Shown here one piece after another: positions 32,577 through 43,546 of a stretch of DNA of 64,000 bases. Each line of letters starts with the position of its first letter. Position 1 is the first letter of the stretch. The notes below the pieces were generated by a model, which did no database searches, had not been told where the DNA came from, and worked only from the letters and a program-made list of their open reading frames with translations. The stretch comes from Acidimicrobiia bacterium UBA2766 (GTDB lineage Bacteria; Actinomycetota; Acidimicrobiia; UBA2766), in the NCBI GenBank assembly GCA_002352645.1, contig DEIU01000004.1:234-64233 (forward strand), given 5' to 3'. A program made the position numbers and the translations under genes.

Positions 32577-33683
32577 ACAACAGAGTTGAGGTTTGTTTTC
32601 TAGGCGTTTATCGTCTAGACTAATGTCGTTGTCTGTGATATCGACATTCTCGCGTATCGTTTTTCTTCTGCCTTTTTTCTGGCATAAGCAGTAGGCGTGC
32701 CTTCGAGGGAATCTTGTGCGAAAAGGCTTTGTAGTCCTTTTTCGTTGGGTTTCTCCCCGTAGGTGGGTGTTTGTCATTATTGGCAGTTGTAGAAGAAATT
32801 CGGAAACGAAGAAGCCCGGGAACCAGGCGAAATCGTCTGAGGCATTGCTTCCAAGAGGCCCGGTATGTCGGAACAAGTGCATAATCTAGGCCGTGAGCGG
32901 TAGTGCCGTTCGGGGTGCGTCTCGGTTTTTTCGAGTTCAGCCCGAACGGTCATTGCTGTCTCTGTCTGTAGACGACAAGTGCGAACGTCAGGGAGAGTGA
33001 CTCTCTCTGGGTTTGCTTACCAGAAGCCTTTTTTGTCATCTGGTTGGCACTCGACATGGTTCTCCGTGAGCGGCGCTCAAAGTGCTCGGATATTTTCTGG
33101 GCGGAAGTTTGAGGGCGTTTCGTTGATATGCCGCGTAGGTGTGTCGGCGAGAGCAAAAAAGGTTTGTTGTGCTTTGGCAGAACGAACCTTTGAGTTTGCT
33201 TGTGACGAAGCTTTTGTGGCGATTGTGAAGACAATTTGCCGGGGTTTACTGGGAGCATCCTGTCGACTGTTTTGCCAGGAGCTGAAGAAGGCTCGCTTGG
33301 TTTTGTCGTTTTCTTCGGTTTGGTGTCTCTGCTTGCGTCTTTGCCTGCAGTGGCTGTTTCTTCGTTCCGTACGGGCCTCTTTTGAGATGGGTTTTGCCAC
33401 GAGAGTGCTCTGCCTGTGCGGTGTGCTTCGTTCCTCGTTTTCGCTGCGCGGCGTGTGCTGCGCGGTTTTTGAGATTCCCGTGGCGAGATAGCGCAGCAGG
33501 TTTGGTGTGTTGAGGCTGGAAAAGAGGTCTTTTCACGCTGGTTGCCCAGCTTGTAGCCTGCTGTTTTCCCTGAGTTGTGTACGCCGCTATTGGGTCGCTG
33601 GCGAGGTGTTGACAGCCACAAGGCAAATTGACAGGGATTTATGCCCTGGCGCCCCTCTGGCGGGGAAGATTAAAAGGAGAGTG

Positions 33684-34004
33684 ATGGCCGGGCAGCAGCG
33701 TATCCGCATTCGGCTCAAAGCCTATGACCATGAGGTGGTCGATCAGTCCGCGCGCAAGATCGTGGAGACTGTTGTGCGCACGCAAGCGCGGGTGTGCGGG
33801 CCGATTCCCCTTCCGACTGAACGACACCGTTATTGTGTGATCCGTTCACCCCACAGGCATAAAGACTCTCGTGAGCATTTTGAAATGCGGATTCACAAGC
33901 GTCTTCTTGACATTGTTGATCCCACTCCGAAAACGGTTGATTCGCTTCAGCGTCTTGACCTTCCAGCGGGTGTTGACATTGAGATCAAGGTGCATCAAGG
34001 GTGA
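33684..34004 (+). CDS. rpsJ: 30S ribosomal protein S10
   Basis: [28 protein letters not shown]...; ATG at 33684 preceded by AAAGGAGAG. Confidence 0.9.
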   Translation: MAGQQRIRIRLKAYDHEVVDQSARKIVETVVRTQARVCGPIPLPTERHRYCVIRSPHRHKDSREHFEMRIHKRLLDIVDPTPKTVDSLQRLDLPAGVDIEIKVHQG

Positions 34005-34050
34005 GGGATGTGTGGCAGGCAAGTTTTAGATTGTTGCGAAAGAGCGCTGC

Positions 34051-34707
34051 ATGAAGGGAATCCTCGGAAAAAAAGTCGGCATGACGCAGATCTTCGATGA
34101 AGATGCTCGCGTTGTGCCGGTGACAGTCGTAAAAGTGGCCGGATGTCGTGTGGGCCAAGTGAAAACACTTGAGACCGACGGCTATGAAGCAATGCAACTT
34201 TGTCTGGGCGAGAAGAAACGTTCGAAGGCAACGAAGCCAGAGATCGGTCATGCCAAGAAATACGAGATTGAGCCTGCTCGCCATACGGTTGAAGTCCGCT
34301 CTGTCGGTCCTCCTCCTTACGAGTCCGGGCAGTCTGTGACGGCTGATATTTTTGCAGATGGCGATCTTGTGGACGTTGTCGGTGTTTCCAAGGGAAAAGG
34401 CTTCACCGGCGTGATGAAGCGCCATAATTTTGCTGGTCAACGTGCAAGTCATGGTGCTCACCGTATCCACCGGCACCCTGGTTCCATCGGAATGTGTGCG
34501 ACTCCTTCCCGTGTTTTTAAAGGGAAGCGCATGGCGGGGCGTCATGGAGCGCAGCAGACAACCGTGCATAACCTCACAATTGTCGCTGCTGATCCTGAGC
34601 GGGAGATCATTCTTCTGAAAGGTGCAGTTCCTGGCCCTAAAGGCGGTTTGGTTTTGGTGCGGGGACAGGCAAAGAAGAAACTGCTGAAGCAGAAGGGGAT
34701 CCTCTGA
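34051..34707 (+). CDS. rplC: 50S ribosomal protein L3
   Basis: [29 protein letters not shown]. Confidence 0.9.
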   Translation: MKGILGKKVGMTQIFDEDARVVPVTVVKVAGCRVGQVKTLETDGYEAMQLCLGEKKRSKATKPEIGHAKKYEIEPARHTVEVRSVGPPPYESGQSVTADIFADGDLVDVVGVSKGKGFTGVMKRHNFAGQRASHGAHRIHRHPGSIGMCATPSRVFKGKRMAGRHGAQQTTVHNLTIVAADPEREIILLKGAVPGPKGGLVLVRGQAKKKLLKQKGIL

Positions 34708-35378
34708 TGGTGGATCTTTTTCACAAAACTGGTGAAGTCGTAGGTTCTGTTGAGCTTGATCCCAATCTTTTTGGGATTGAGCCGAATATGGCAGTGATGT
34801 ACCAAGTCGTTGTGGCGCAGCGTGCAGCTGCTCGTGCTGGTACTCATAAGACAAAGACCCGTGCGCAAGTGCGTGGTGGAGGTGCCAAGCCCTGGCGCCA
34901 AAAAGGCACTGGTCGTGCTCGTCAGGGTTCGATCCGTTCACCTCAATGGGTAGGTGGAGGAGTGGTGCATGGTCCAACTCCACGGAGTTATGCCCAGTCC
35001 ACTCCGAAGAAAATGGTGCGATTGGCTTTGCGTTCGGCCTTGTCCGATCGGGCCCAAACTGATCGAGTCCGGGTTTTGGACGAGTTTGGATTTGCGCATC
35101 CCTCAACAAAAGAGGCGAAGGCTCTGCTTGCTGCGCTTTCCGTTGAAAAGCGTGTGGTTGTGGTGCTGCATTCTTTTTCGGATGAGAACTCTTGGAAGTC
35201 CTTTCGGAACCTTCCGCTAGTGCATATTTTGAGTGCTGATCAAGTGAATACTTATGATGTGCTCCGTTCGGACTGGCTGGTTTTCAGTCAAGAATCGCTT
35301 TCTGCACTGAGTACGTGTTTTTCAGGGACTCCTGAGGGCTCTTCTGCAGACTCTGTGGAAAAGGAGGTGGCAGTGTGA
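34707..35378 (+). CDS. rplD: 50S ribosomal protein L4
   Basis: [36 protein letters not shown]. Confidence 0.9.
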   Translation: MVDLFHKTGEVVGSVELDPNLFGIEPNMAVMYQVVVAQRAAARAGTHKTKTRAQVRGGGAKPWRQKGTGRARQGSIRSPQWVGGGVVHGPTPRSYAQSTPKKMVRLALRSALSDRAQTDRVRVLDEFGFAHPSTKEAKALLAALSVEKRVVVVLHSFSDENSWKSFRNLPLVHILSADQVNTYDVLRSDWLVFSQESLSALSTCFSGTPEGSSADSVEKEVAV

Positions 35379-35671
35379 AAGACGCGCGTGATGTCATTCT
35401 CGCCCCTGTTGTCTCGGAGAAATCCTATGACTTGATTGAACGGGCGAATACCTATACTTTTAAAGTGCATCCCCATGCGAACAAGATTGAGATTCGCCAG
35501 GCTGTGGAACAGCTTTTTGATGTGCGTGTCGAAAATATCAACACCTTGAACAGGTCAGGCAAGCGTAAGCGGAATCGCCGTACTTTTCAGTGGGGTCAAC
35601 GTGCCGCGCGTAAGCACGCTATGGTGAAACTTGCAGCAGGGGATACTATTCCAATTTTTGAGGGGGCGTGA
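35375..35671 (+). CDS. rplW: 50S ribosomal protein L23
   Basis: [44 protein letters not shown]; GTG start overlaps the rplD stop. Confidence 0.9.
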   Translation: MKDARDVILAPVVSEKSYDLIERANTYTFKVHPHANKIEIRQAVEQLFDVRVENINTLNRSGKRKRNRRTFQWGQRAARKHAMVKLAAGDTIPIFEGA

Positions 35672-35674
35672 TTC

Positions 35675-36508
35675 GTGGGAATTCGAAAGCGTAATCCCAC
35701 TTCTCCTGGTCGTCGTTTTCAGACTGTCTCGGACTTTTCTGAGATTACGAAAACAAAGCCAGAGCGGTCTCTTACTGCCAAGATTTCGAAAACTGGCGGT
35801 CGGAACTCCTATGGTCGAATCACCACACGTCACCGCGGAGGCGGACACAAACGACGTTACCGGATTGTGGATTTTCGGCGTAAAAAAGATGGTGTTCCCG
35901 CGAAAGTAGCGGCGATCGAGTACGATCCGAATCGTAACGCTCGAATCGCTCTGCTTCACTATCGGGATGGTGAGAAGCGTTATATTATTGCTCCTCATCG
36001 CCTTAGTGTTGGTGACGTCGTAGAGTCTGGCCCCAAGGCCGACATCAAACTGGGAAATGCGCTACCACTCAGCAATATCCCTGTTGGTACGACTATTCAC
36101 TGTATTGAGTTTAAGCCAGGTGCCGGCGCCAAGATTGCTCGGGCTGCAGGTGCATCTGTGCAACTCATGGCAAAAGACGAGAAGCTTGCACAACTCCGCA
36201 TGCCTTCAGGGGAATACCGGCTTGTTCCGGTGATTTGTCGGGCGACTGTTGGAGAAGTCGGAAATAGTGAGCACGAACTCATCAAGCTGGGGAAAGCTGG
36301 TCGGAAACGGTGGAAGGGCGTGCGTCCTACTACACGTGGTGTGGCTATGAACCCAGTCGATCATCCGCTTGGCGGCGGGGAGGGGAAGTCCTCTGGTGGA
36401 CGTCACCCCGTTTCCCCTTGGGGAAAGTTGGAGCGTCCGACTCGCTCAAAGAAAAATCGTTCTAACCAGTACATCGTTCGTCGTCGCCGCAAGCGCGGTC
36501 GTCGCTAA
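35675..36508 (+). CDS. rplB: 50S ribosomal protein L2
   Basis: [24 protein letters not shown]...[18 protein letters not shown]. Confidence 0.9.
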   Translation: MGIRKRNPTSPGRRFQTVSDFSEITKTKPERSLTAKISKTGGRNSYGRITTRHRGGGHKRRYRIVDFRRKKDGVPAKVAAIEYDPNRNARIALLHYRDGEKRYIIAPHRLSVGDVVESGPKADIKLGNALPLSNIPVGTTIHCIEFKPGAGAKIARAAGASVQLMAKDEKLAQLRMPSGEYRLVPVICRATVGEVGNSEHELIKLGKAGRKRWKGVRPTTRGVAMNPVDHPLGGGEGKSSGGRHPVSPWGKLERPTRSKKNRSNQYIVRRRRKRGRR

Positions 36509-36525
36509 GAGGAAGGGGAGAAGCA

Positions 36526-36810
36526 ATGCCGCGCAGCTTGAAAAAAGGGCCTTTTGTCGACGATCACCTCTTGAAAAAGGTTGACCGACTCAATAAGTCG
36601 GGAGACAAGAGAATTGTCAAAACTTGGTCCCGTCGTTCCACCATCATTCCTGAAATGGTGGGGCATACGATTGGGGTGCATGACGGGCGCAAACATGTTC
36701 CTGTTTTTATCAGTGAGTCCATGGTCGGCCACAAACTTGGCGAGTTCGCTCCCACGCGGACTTTCCGCCACCACGCCGGCCAAGACCGTTCTGCAAGGGT
36801 GCGCCGATGA
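36526..36810 (+). CDS. rpsS: 30S ribosomal protein S19
   Basis: [19 protein letters not shown]...[16 protein letters not shown]. Confidence 0.9.
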   Translation: MPRSLKKGPFVDDHLLKKVDRLNKSGDKRIVKTWSRRSTIIPEMVGHTIGVHDGRKHVPVFISESMVGHKLGEFAPTRTFRHHAGQDRSARVRR

Positions 36811-37184
36811 CCACCGATCTTGCTGCCGAAAAGCCGCTTGAGGCGCGTGCAATTCTACGGGGAGTGCGATGCACACCTCGAAAGTTGCGGATTCTCGTGG
36901 ACCTGGTGCGTGGGATGCCTGTGGTGGAAGCACGCCGTATTCTTTACTTCTCTGGGAAAGGCGGGGCTGAGCTTATTATCAAGACCCTTGATTCCGCAGT
37001 TGCCAACTCTGAGAATGGGCCGCTTGGCGTGGGAGAAGATGAGCTTTATATCTCGACTATTACGGTCGACGAAGGCCAGATGCTCAAACGATGGCGGGCG
37101 CGGGCTCGAGGTCGAGCCTATCGAGTGCGGAAACGATTGAGTCATCTGTCTATTTCTGTTGCTGAGATTCCGGAGGAAAGCTGA
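36807..37184 (+). CDS. rplV: 50S ribosomal protein L22
   Basis: [35 protein letters not shown]. Confidence 0.9.
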   Translation: MTTDLAAEKPLEARAILRGVRCTPRKLRILVDLVRGMPVVEARRILYFSGKGGAELIIKTLDSAVANSENGPLGVGEDELYISTITVDEGQMLKRWRARARGRAYRVRKRLSHLSISVAEIPEES

Positions 37185-38146
37185 TGGGTCAGAAGATTCA
37201 TCCTTATGGATTCCGCCTCGGCATTGTCACTGACTGGAAGTCCCGCTGGTATGCCGACAAGATGTACCAGGACTATTTGATAGAGGACTGGAAAATTCGT
37301 GACTATGTAATGAGGCAGCTCCCGCACGCCTTGATAAGCAGGATTGAGATTGAGCGGACGCGAGACCGCTTGCGTGTGGATGTCCACACCGCTCGTCCTG
37401 GGATTGTCATTGGGCGGCGCGGTGTTGAGGCTGACCGTTTGCGTGGTGTGATTGACCGCATGACAGGCAAGCGCGTGCAGCTCAATGTGGTTGAGGTCGA
37501 AAAGCCTGAACTTGATGCTCGTCTTGTCGCTCAGAACGTGGCTGAGCAGTTGCGTGGACGGGTGAGTTTTCGTCGGGCCATGAAACGGGCGATGCAGAAT
37601 GTTCTCAAAGCAGGGGCTTTGGGAGTGCGAGTCCAGTGTTCTGGGCGTCTTGGCGGGTCTGAAATGGCCAGGACCGAGTGGTACCGAGAGGGGCGAGTTC
37701 CGCTCCACACATTGCGTGCCGATATCGATTACGGTTTTTACGAATCCAAGACAAACTTCGGCGTTATTGGCGTGAAAGTCTGGATTTATAAAGGCGACAT
37801 CGACATTATCAGTCGGGAACGGGCGGAGAAGATTTCTGCTGAAGCCGCCATGGCAGCAGGGGATGCTGCACCTCGACGCAATGGGCGTCGACGTGGAAGC
37901 GCGAAGTTGGGCGGAAACAAAGACAGTAAGACTCCTGCTGAATTTTCCCCAAGCGAGAACATACCACGCCGACCGCGTCCTCCGGTTCCGCTTGAGGACT
38001 CCCCGGAAGCAATTTCTGCTGGGTCGGAAGCTGTTTCCGATGAGGCCAAAGTTGCAGTTGAGGTCGTTTCGAGCGAGACTACCCGTTCTGCTGATCAGCA
38101 GAACGGGAATGGCTCGGCTGCTCCTCCGGAGGGAGGTGATGCTTGA
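37184..38146 (+). CDS. rpsC: 30S ribosomal protein S3 (with ~90-aa Ala/Pro/Arg-rich C-terminal extension)
   Basis: [24 protein letters not shown]...; 320 aa. Confidence 0.9.
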   Translation: MGQKIHPYGFRLGIVTDWKSRWYADKMYQDYLIEDWKIRDYVMRQLPHALISRIEIERTRDRLRVDVHTARPGIVIGRRGVEADRLRGVIDRMTGKRVQLNVVEVEKPELDARLVAQNVAEQLRGRVSFRRAMKRAMQNVLKAGALGVRVQCSGRLGGSEMARTEWYREGRVPLHTLRADIDYGFYESKTNFGVIGVKVWIYKGDIDIISRERAEKISAEAAMAAGDAAPRRNGRRRGSAKLGGNKDSKTPAEFSPSENIPRRPRPPVPLEDSPEAISAGSEAVSDEAKVAVEVVSSETTRSADQQNGNGSAAPPEGGDA

Positions 38147-38559
38147 TGTTGATGCCGAAGCGTACGCGCTACCGTAAGCAACAACGTGGGCGTCGCACTG
38201 GGCTTGCGAAAGGCCACACCGAAGTGAAATTCGGAGAATACGGCATACAAGCACTCTCAGCTGGTTGGGTCACAAACTCTCAGATTGAAGCTGCTCGTAT
38301 TGCAATCACGCGCTATATCAAGCGTGGCGGGAAGGTGTGGATCACCATTTTTCCCGATAAGCCAGTAACAGAGAAGCCTGCAGAGACTCGCATGGGGTCT
38401 GGAAAAGGCTCACCTGAACGCTGGGTTGCTGTCGTGCGACCTGGTCGTGTGATGTTTGAACTTGCTGGGGTTGACGAAGAAACAGCTCGTGAGGCTATGC
38501 GTCTTGCTGGTCACAAGTTGTCCTTGAAGACGCGTTTCGTGAAGCGAGATGTGGAATGA
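38143..38559 (+). CDS. rplP: 50S ribosomal protein L16
   Basis: [37 protein letters not shown]. Confidence 0.9.
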   Translation: MMLMPKRTRYRKQQRGRRTGLAKGHTEVKFGEYGIQALSAGWVTNSQIEAARIAITRYIKRGGKVWITIFPDKPVTEKPAETRMGSGKGSPERWVAVVRPGRVMFELAGVDEETAREAMRLAGHKLSLKTRFVKRDVE

Positions 38560-38987
38560 CCAAGGCTGCTGAACTACGCGAGTTGAATCGTGACGAACTT
38601 GAACAACTTCTTTCTGAAGCGAAAGAAGAGTCGTTCAATCTTCGTTTCCAATATGCGACGGGTCAATTTGATCGGACACATCGTTTCCGTGAACTTCGTC
38701 GTGAAATTGCTCGTATCCTGACTGTTCTCGGAGAACAGGCGGAAAGCGAAGCTGAAGCTGCTGTAGCTGTGCAAGAAGAGCGCGTTACTGCAGAAACAGG
38801 CGATCATCTTTCTTTGCGGCAGCGCTGGCGAGCTCGTCGTCAAGCTCGTTCCCTTCGTCTCGTTGAAGCCGAGACGAAAGCAGCCGGACGCGCTGGAGAA
38901 AACATCGAGCTTGTTGTTCCGCAGGAAGAAGAAGTGCCGGTGCCTTCGCAAGAAGAAGTGCCGGCGTTTTCCCAAGAAGAGCGCTGA
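38556..38987 (+). CDS. rpmC: 50S ribosomal protein L29 with ~75-aa C-terminal acidic/repetitive extension
   Basis: N-terminus [32 protein letters not shown] is canonical L29. The ORF continues to 143 aa, ending ...[20 protein letters not shown]. Confidence 0.8.
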   Translation: MTKAAELRELNRDELEQLLSEAKEESFNLRFQYATGQFDRTHRFRELRREIARILTVLGEQAESEAEAAVAVQEERVTAETGDHLSLRQRWRARRQARSLRLVEAETKAAGRAGENIELVVPQEEEVPVPSQEEVPAFSQEER

Positions 38988-39061
38988 TGTTATCGAGGTC
39001 AGTGTTTCTGCTGTTGGCAGTATCGCCGTGTCAGATTACGAGCAGACAGAGGAGACTGTGA

Positions 39062-39328
39062 ATGTCTGATTCTATTGAACGCGGTCGTCGCAAAATCCGG
39101 GAAGGAATCGTTGCCGGCGACAAGATGAACAAAACGGTGACGGTCCTTGTTGCTGAGCGGACGCGTCACCCTTTGTATGGAAAAATTCTGACTCGAAGCG
39201 TGAAATTGCATGCGCATGACGAAAAGAATGAGGCCCGGATGGGGGATCGTGTGCGCATTGTCGAGACGCGACCTTTGTCGAAGCTGAAACGCTGGCGGCT
39301 TGAAGAGATTATGGAGCGCGCCAAGTGA
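39062..39328 (+). CDS. rpsQ: 30S ribosomal protein S17
   Basis: [33 protein letters not shown]. Confidence 0.9.
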   Translation: MSDSIERGRRKIREGIVAGDKMNKTVTVLVAERTRHPLYGKILTRSVKLHAHDEKNEARMGDRVRIVETRPLSKLKRWRLEEIMERAK

Positions 39329-39693
39329 TCCAGCAGGAATCGCGACTGAGGGTCGCGGATAACACAGGTGCGAAAGAGGTTCTCTGTATTAAGGTACTCG
39401 GCGGATCGAAGCGTCGTTACGCTTCCATTGGTGATGTGTTTGTCGCGACAGTGAAAGACGCAATGCCAGGTGGAAACGTGAAAAAAGGCGAAATCGTTCG
39501 ATGCGTTGTTGTACGTGTGAAGCAGCAAAAACGTCGTCCGGATGGGAGCTACATCCGATTCGACGAGAATGCAGCTGTCATTATTGACAATAACCGCCAG
39601 CCTCGTGGGACGCGTATTTTTGGTCCAGTTGGACGTGAATTGCGGGAAGCACGTTTTATGCGGATTGTTTCCCTGGCTCCTGAGGTGCTCTGA
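39325..39693 (+). CDS. rplN: 50S ribosomal protein L14
   Basis: [28 protein letters not shown]. Confidence 0.9.
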   Translation: MIQQESRLRVADNTGAKEVLCIKVLGGSKRRYASIGDVFVATVKDAMPGGNVKKGEIVRCVVVRVKQQKRRPDGSYIRFDENAAVIIDNNRQPRGTRIFGPVGRELREARFMRIVSLAPEVL

Positions 39694-40004
39694 TGAAGAT
39701 CAGAAAGGGCGATAAAGTAAAAGTAATCGCAGGCAAAGACCGTGTGCGTGGACATACCGGCAATGTAGTGCGAGTTCTGCCCGAGCGTAACCGTGTCATT
39801 GTTGAAGGTGCGGGTATTGCCAAGCGCCATCAAGCGCCTCGCAGACAGAATGAGCAGGCGGGGATCATTGAGAAGAACATGCCAATTCATGTTTCGAATG
39901 TGATGATTCTCTGTGACAAATGTGGTCCGACGCGCCTTGGTGCCGGCACTGACGAAGACGGTAGAAAGTATCGTGTCTGCCGGAAGTGTGGGAGTGAGCT
40001 GTGA
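39693..40004 (+). CDS. rplX: 50S ribosomal protein L24 (KOW domain plus C-terminal Cys4 zinc ribbon)
   Basis: [25 protein letters not shown]...; C-terminal CDKCGPTR...CRKCGSEL. Confidence 0.9.
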   Translation: MKIRKGDKVKVIAGKDRVRGHTGNVVRVLPERNRVIVEGAGIAKRHQAPRRQNEQAGIIEKNMPIHVSNVMILCDKCGPTRLGAGTDEDGRKYRVCRKCGSEL

Positions 40005-40546
40005 CAGCACCACGCCTAAAACAAAAATATCTGAGTGAGGTTCGCCCAAAATTACAGGAAGATTTCTCTCTTCCAAATGTCATGCTCGTACCTAAGTTCG
40101 AGAAGATCGTGGTCAATATGGGCCTCGGTATCGCAGCGTCTGACAGCAAAGTTATTGACTCTGCTGTGGAAGAACTCGCTGTGATTACCGGTCAAAAACC
40201 AAAAGTCACTCGAGCTCGCAAGTCGATCGCTGGTTTTAAACTCCGAGCCGGCCAGACTATTGGTGCTATGTGTACGGTGCGTGGCGATCGTATGTGGGAG
40301 TTTTTTGACCGTCTGGTGACCTTGTCTATTCCGCGTATTCGAGATTTTCGGGGTCTTTCCCCCGATAGCTTTGATGGCCGTGGTAATTACACCTTTGGTG
40401 TGACAGAGCAGCTTATTTTTCCTGAGATCGATTATGACCAGGTGAAAGAAGTGCGTGGGATGGACATCACGATCGTCACCACTGCGAGGACAAATGAGGA
40501 AGGCCGCGCGCTATTGCAGGCTTTCGGGTTCCCCTTCCGCCGCTGA
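40001..40546 (+). CDS. rplE: 50S ribosomal protein L5
   Basis: [37 protein letters not shown]. Confidence 0.9.
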   Translation: MTAPRLKQKYLSEVRPKLQEDFSLPNVMLVPKFEKIVVNMGLGIAASDSKVIDSAVEELAVITGQKPKVTRARKSIAGFKLRAGQTIGAMCTVRGDRMWEFFDRLVTLSIPRIRDFRGLSPDSFDGRGNYTFGVTEQLIFPEIDYDQVKEVRGMDITIVTTARTNEEGRALLQAFGFPFRR

Positions 40547-40559
40547 CAAGGAGCAAGGT

Positions 40560-40796
40560 TTGGCACGGAAAGCATTGATAGTGAAGCAGAAGCGGATCGC
40601 TGCAGCGGTTCTTCATGACCGTACACGAGTCGCGTCTGGTATGAAGCCCAAGGCCTTCAAGTCCCGTGAGTACACTCGTTGTCAGAGATGTGGCAGGCCA
40701 CACTCTGTGTATCGCAAGTTTGGTCTTTGTCGCATCTGCCTACGGGCAATGGCGCACAATGGCGAAATCCCCGGCGTGACCAAGGCATCGTGGTGA
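40560..40796 (+). CDS. rpsN: 30S ribosomal protein S14 type Z (zinc-binding, C-x2-C...C-x2-C) with ~16-aa internal insertion
   Basis: TTG start after AAGGAG; ALIVKQKR...[41 protein letters not shown]. 78 aa against the ~61 typical for type Z. Confidence 0.8.
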   Translation: MARKALIVKQKRIAAAVLHDRTRVASGMKPKAFKSREYTRCQRCGRPHSVYRKFGLCRICLRAMAHNGEIPGVTKASW

Positions 40797-40806
40797 GGTA
40801 GCAGGA

Positions 40807-41235
40807 ATGGTCGTTACGGACCCTGTTTCTGACATGTTGACCAGAATTCGGAACTCGGCACTTGTTTACAATGAAGTTGTGTCGATGCCGACGTCGAAAT
40901 TACGCGTCGCGCTTGCCGGAATTTTGGAAGACGAAGGTTATATCGAAGGCTATTCCCTGCGGGATGCGTGTCCTGAAGAGGAACGTGCGCACCCGAGCGG
41001 GGGACAGCGTGTTCTTGAGGTCAAGCTAAAGTACGTTGACAACCGTAAACGTGTGATTAGTGGACTCAAGCGTGTTTCAAAGCCCGGTCTTCGGGTCTAT
41101 TCGAAATCGAAGTCACTTCCCCGTGTGATGGGCGGTCTCGGTATCGCGATCATTTCCACTTCTGCTGGGATTATGACTGATCGTGAGGCACGACGCCGGA
41201 ACATCGGTGGTGAAGTGCTGTGTTATGTGTGGTAA
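40807..41235 (+). CDS. rpsH: 30S ribosomal protein S8
   Basis: [20 protein letters not shown]...GGEVLCYVW. Confidence 0.9.
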   Translation: MVVTDPVSDMLTRIRNSALVYNEVVSMPTSKLRVALAGILEDEGYIEGYSLRDACPEEERAHPSGGQRVLEVKLKYVDNRKRVISGLKRVSKPGLRVYSKSKSLPRVMGGLGIAIISTSAGIMTDREARRRNIGGEVLCYVW

Positions 41236-41247
41236 GGCACGAAGTCT

Positions 41248-41784
41248 ATGAGTCGTATTGGCAATAAGCCCATTACGTTCCCTTCTGAGGTTGAAATCAA
41301 GATCGCGGATGGGAGTATCAGTGTGAAAGGACCTAAGGGGTCCTTGTCACAAGACATCCCAGAGCAAATTGCCTTGTTGCAAGAAGGTAACGAGGTCGTT
41401 GTACAACGATCAGATAATACGCCCAGTGTGCGTTCTCTGCATGGATTAACACGGTCTCTTGTTGCAAACATGGTGCAAGGTGTCACCGGTGGTTTCAAAA
41501 AAGAACTAGAGATTGTGGGCGTGGGTTATCGTGTTGCACTGAAGGGAAAAAGCCTGGAATTTCAGGTTGGATATTCTCATCTCGTGCGCGTGATGCCGCG
41601 TGAGGGAATTGTCTTGTCTACTCCTTCTCCGACAAGAGTTGTGGTAGAGGGGATTGACAAACAGGCCGTTGGTCAGATGGCCGCAGATATCCGGGGAATC
41701 CGTCGACCTGAGCCATATAAGGGCAAAGGAATTCGGTATGTCGGTGAGCATGTCCGGCGCAAGGCCGGCAAGGCCGGCGCGTAA
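41248..41784 (+). CDS. rplF: 50S ribosomal protein L6
   Basis: [33 protein letters not shown]. Confidence 0.9.
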   Translation: MSRIGNKPITFPSEVEIKIADGSISVKGPKGSLSQDIPEQIALLQEGNEVVVQRSDNTPSVRSLHGLTRSLVANMVQGVTGGFKKELEIVGVGYRVALKGKSLEFQVGYSHLVRVMPREGIVLSTPSPTRVVVEGIDKQAVGQMAADIRGIRRPEPYKGKGIRYVGEHVRRKAGKAGA

Positions 41785-41804
41785 GCCGAAGCGGGAGGGC
41801 AAAA

Positions 41805-42161
41805 ATGAAGAAAAAGCTCAAAACGCATCAGCAACGTGTACGGCGTAGGGTCCGAGTTCGCAAGAAAGTTACGGGGACAGCGCAGCGTCCGCGTCTTTCG
41901 GTTCGTCGTTCCAATCGGCATTTTCATGTGCAGGTGATCGACGATGTAAGTGGACATACTTTGGCTGCTGTTTCAACCTTGCAGGCTGATGCGCCTGACG
42001 GTAACAACCTCGAATGTGCGAGAGCCGTGGGGAAGACGATCGGTGAGCGGGCCAAGGCTGCCGGTGTGCAGACAGTGATTTTTGACCGAGGCGGATGCAA
42101 ATACCACGGTCGCGTGAAGGCTCTAGCTGATGCAGCGCGTGAGGCCGGGCTCGAGTTTTGA
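41805..42161 (+). CDS. rplR: 50S ribosomal protein L18
   Basis: [31 protein letters not shown]...[23 protein letters not shown]. Confidence 0.9.
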   Translation: MKKKLKTHQQRVRRRVRVRKKVTGTAQRPRLSVRRSNRHFHVQVIDDVSGHTLAAVSTLQADAPDGNNLECARAVGKTIGERAKAAGVQTVIFDRGGCKYHGRVKALADAAREAGLEF

Positions 42162-42181
42162 AGGTGTGAAAGAAGGAGATT

Positions 42182-42736
42182 ATGGCGCAAGATGATCGCA
42201 GTCCGTTTGAAGAGCGGGTTGTTAATGTCAATCGTGTCGCCAAAGTCGTGAAGGGCGGTCGCCGTTTTAGTTTCACTGCTTTGGTGGTGGTTGGAGACCG
42301 TAAAGGGAAAGTCGGCGTAGGGTACGGCAAGGCAAAAGAAGTTCCCGCGGCTATCCAAAAAGCCATTGAGCTCGCGAAGCGAGATATGCTGAAAGTGCCG
42401 ATGGCCGGAGCGACGATTGTGCACCCTGTGATTGGACAAAAGGGCGCGGGACGGGTTTTGCTGAAGCCCGCGGCTCCTGGAACAGGGGTAATTGCCGGCG
42501 GTGCAGTGCGGGCAATTCTGGAATGCGCAGGTGTGAAAGACGTCCTTGCGAAGTCGCTGGGGTCGGCCACTCAGATTAATGTGGCACACGCTGCGATGGA
42601 TGGACTGCGCTCTTTGCGTTCTCCTGCCGATGTGGCGCGTTGGCGCGGGAAAAAGCCTGAAGAGATTACGCCACGAAAACTGTTGAAGGCGTGCAACGAG
42701 ACCCAGAATACAGTAGCCGCTGGAGTGCAGGAGTAG
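42182..42736 (+). CDS. rpsE: 30S ribosomal protein S5
   Basis: [49 protein letters not shown]. Confidence 0.9.
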   Translation: MAQDDRSPFEERVVNVNRVAKVVKGGRRFSFTALVVVGDRKGKVGVGYGKAKEVPAAIQKAIELAKRDMLKVPMAGATIVHPVIGQKGAGRVLLKPAAPGTGVIAGGAVRAILECAGVKDVLAKSLGSATQINVAHAAMDGLRSLRSPADVARWRGKKPEEITPRKLLKACNETQNTVAAGVQE

Positions 42737-42741
42737 GTTGA

Positions 42742-42921
42742 GTGGCAGAGCTTTGTATCACACAAATTCGCAGCACAATCGGCAATAAACCGAAGGCGCG
42801 TGCGACGATGCGCGCTTTGGGCTTGCGAAAAATTCGACAGTCAGTCGTAAAAGAGGACACGCCCGAGGTTCGGGGAATGCTACAGCGAGTCTCTCATCTC
42901 GTCTTAGTGAAGGAAGTGTGA
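42742..42921 (+). CDS. rpmD: 50S ribosomal protein L30 (59 aa; below ORF-track size cutoff)
   Basis: Manual translation from GTG 42742: (M)AELCITQIRSTIGNKPKARATMRALGLRKIRQSVVKEDTPEVRGMLQRVSHLVLVKEV*. Confidence 0.8.
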   Translation: MAELCITQIRSTIGNKPKARATMRALGLRKIRQSVVKEDTPEVRGMLQRVSHLVLVKEV

Positions 42922-43382
42922 GACAAGTGGCAGAGGAAGAAAGAACTCCGATTAAACTGCATGATCTCCGACCTCCTGCTGGAGCGAGAAGTAAGAAGGT
43001 CCGCGTCGGCCGTGGTGAAGGCGGTCGAAGAGGGAAAACTGCTGGTCGTGGTACAAAAGGTCAGAAGGCCCGCGGGACGACTCGTCTTGGTTTTGAGGGA
43101 GGGCAGCTTCCCTTGGTGCAACGTGTTCCGAAGGCAAAGGGGTTTAGGAACCCATTTCGTGTTTCGTACAATGTTGTAAATGTGGGAGACTTGAAAGATC
43201 TTGGTCCAGAGATTACGCCTGAACTTTTGAAAGAAAAAGGCGTTGTTCCCCACAAGGGTCTGGTCAAGGTGCTTGGTGATGGTGAAATCACAGCTTCGTT
43301 AGCAGTGAAAGCGCATGCTTTTTCTAAATCGGCAGTCGCTAAGCTGGAAGCTGCTGGTGGTTCAGCTGAAGTTGTGTCGTAA
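42918..43382 (+). CDS. rplO: 50S ribosomal protein L15
   Basis: KLHDLRPPAGARSKKVRVGRGEGGRRGKTAGRGTKGQKAR. Confidence 0.9.
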   Translation: MRQVAEEERTPIKLHDLRPPAGARSKKVRVGRGEGGRRGKTAGRGTKGQKARGTTRLGFEGGQLPLVQRVPKAKGFRNPFRVSYNVVNVGDLKDLGPEITPELLKEKGVVPHKGLVKVLGDGEITASLAVKAHAFSKSAVAKLEAAGGSAEVVS

Positions 43383-43467
43383 CGTATATCCTTATAAATT
43401 GTGTGCTGCAGTGGGGTTGTTCTGGACCTTCACTGGTTTGGAGTGTAGGCGCATGATTTTTGATCTC

Positions 43468-43499
43468 GCTTTGTCGCTCCCCTAGGGGAGCGACAAAGC
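43468..43499 (+). other. Perfect 15-bp-stem hairpin in rplO-secY spacer
   Basis: GCTTTGTCGCTCCCC-TA-GGGGAGCGACAAAGC read directly; no flanking U-tract. Confidence 0.4.
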
Positions 43500-43546
43500 A
43501 GTAGATTAGTTCTGGAAATTGGCAGCATCGGTAAAGGAGACGCGAG

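Noticed and set aside
32979-33491. 170-aa plus ORF in tuf-rpsJ spacer
   Set aside because: Cys/Leu/Ser-rich low complexity with no RBS or motif; treated as non-coding, though the spacer itself is flagged as unusual.
33985-35109. 374-aa minus-strand ORF
   Set aside because: Spans rplC/rplD on the opposite strand; no motifs; the ribosomal genes are unambiguous.
37142-38254. 370-aa minus-strand ORF
   Set aside because: Antisense to rpsC including its repetitive C-tail; shadow ORF.
38556-38987. Frameshift/pseudogene interpretation of long rpmC
   Set aside because: The N-terminal L29 domain is intact, and the extension reads as a coherent acidic repeat ending close to the rpsQ RBS. Cannot distinguish a genuine tail from an indel without comparative data, so it is kept as CDS and flagged in findings.
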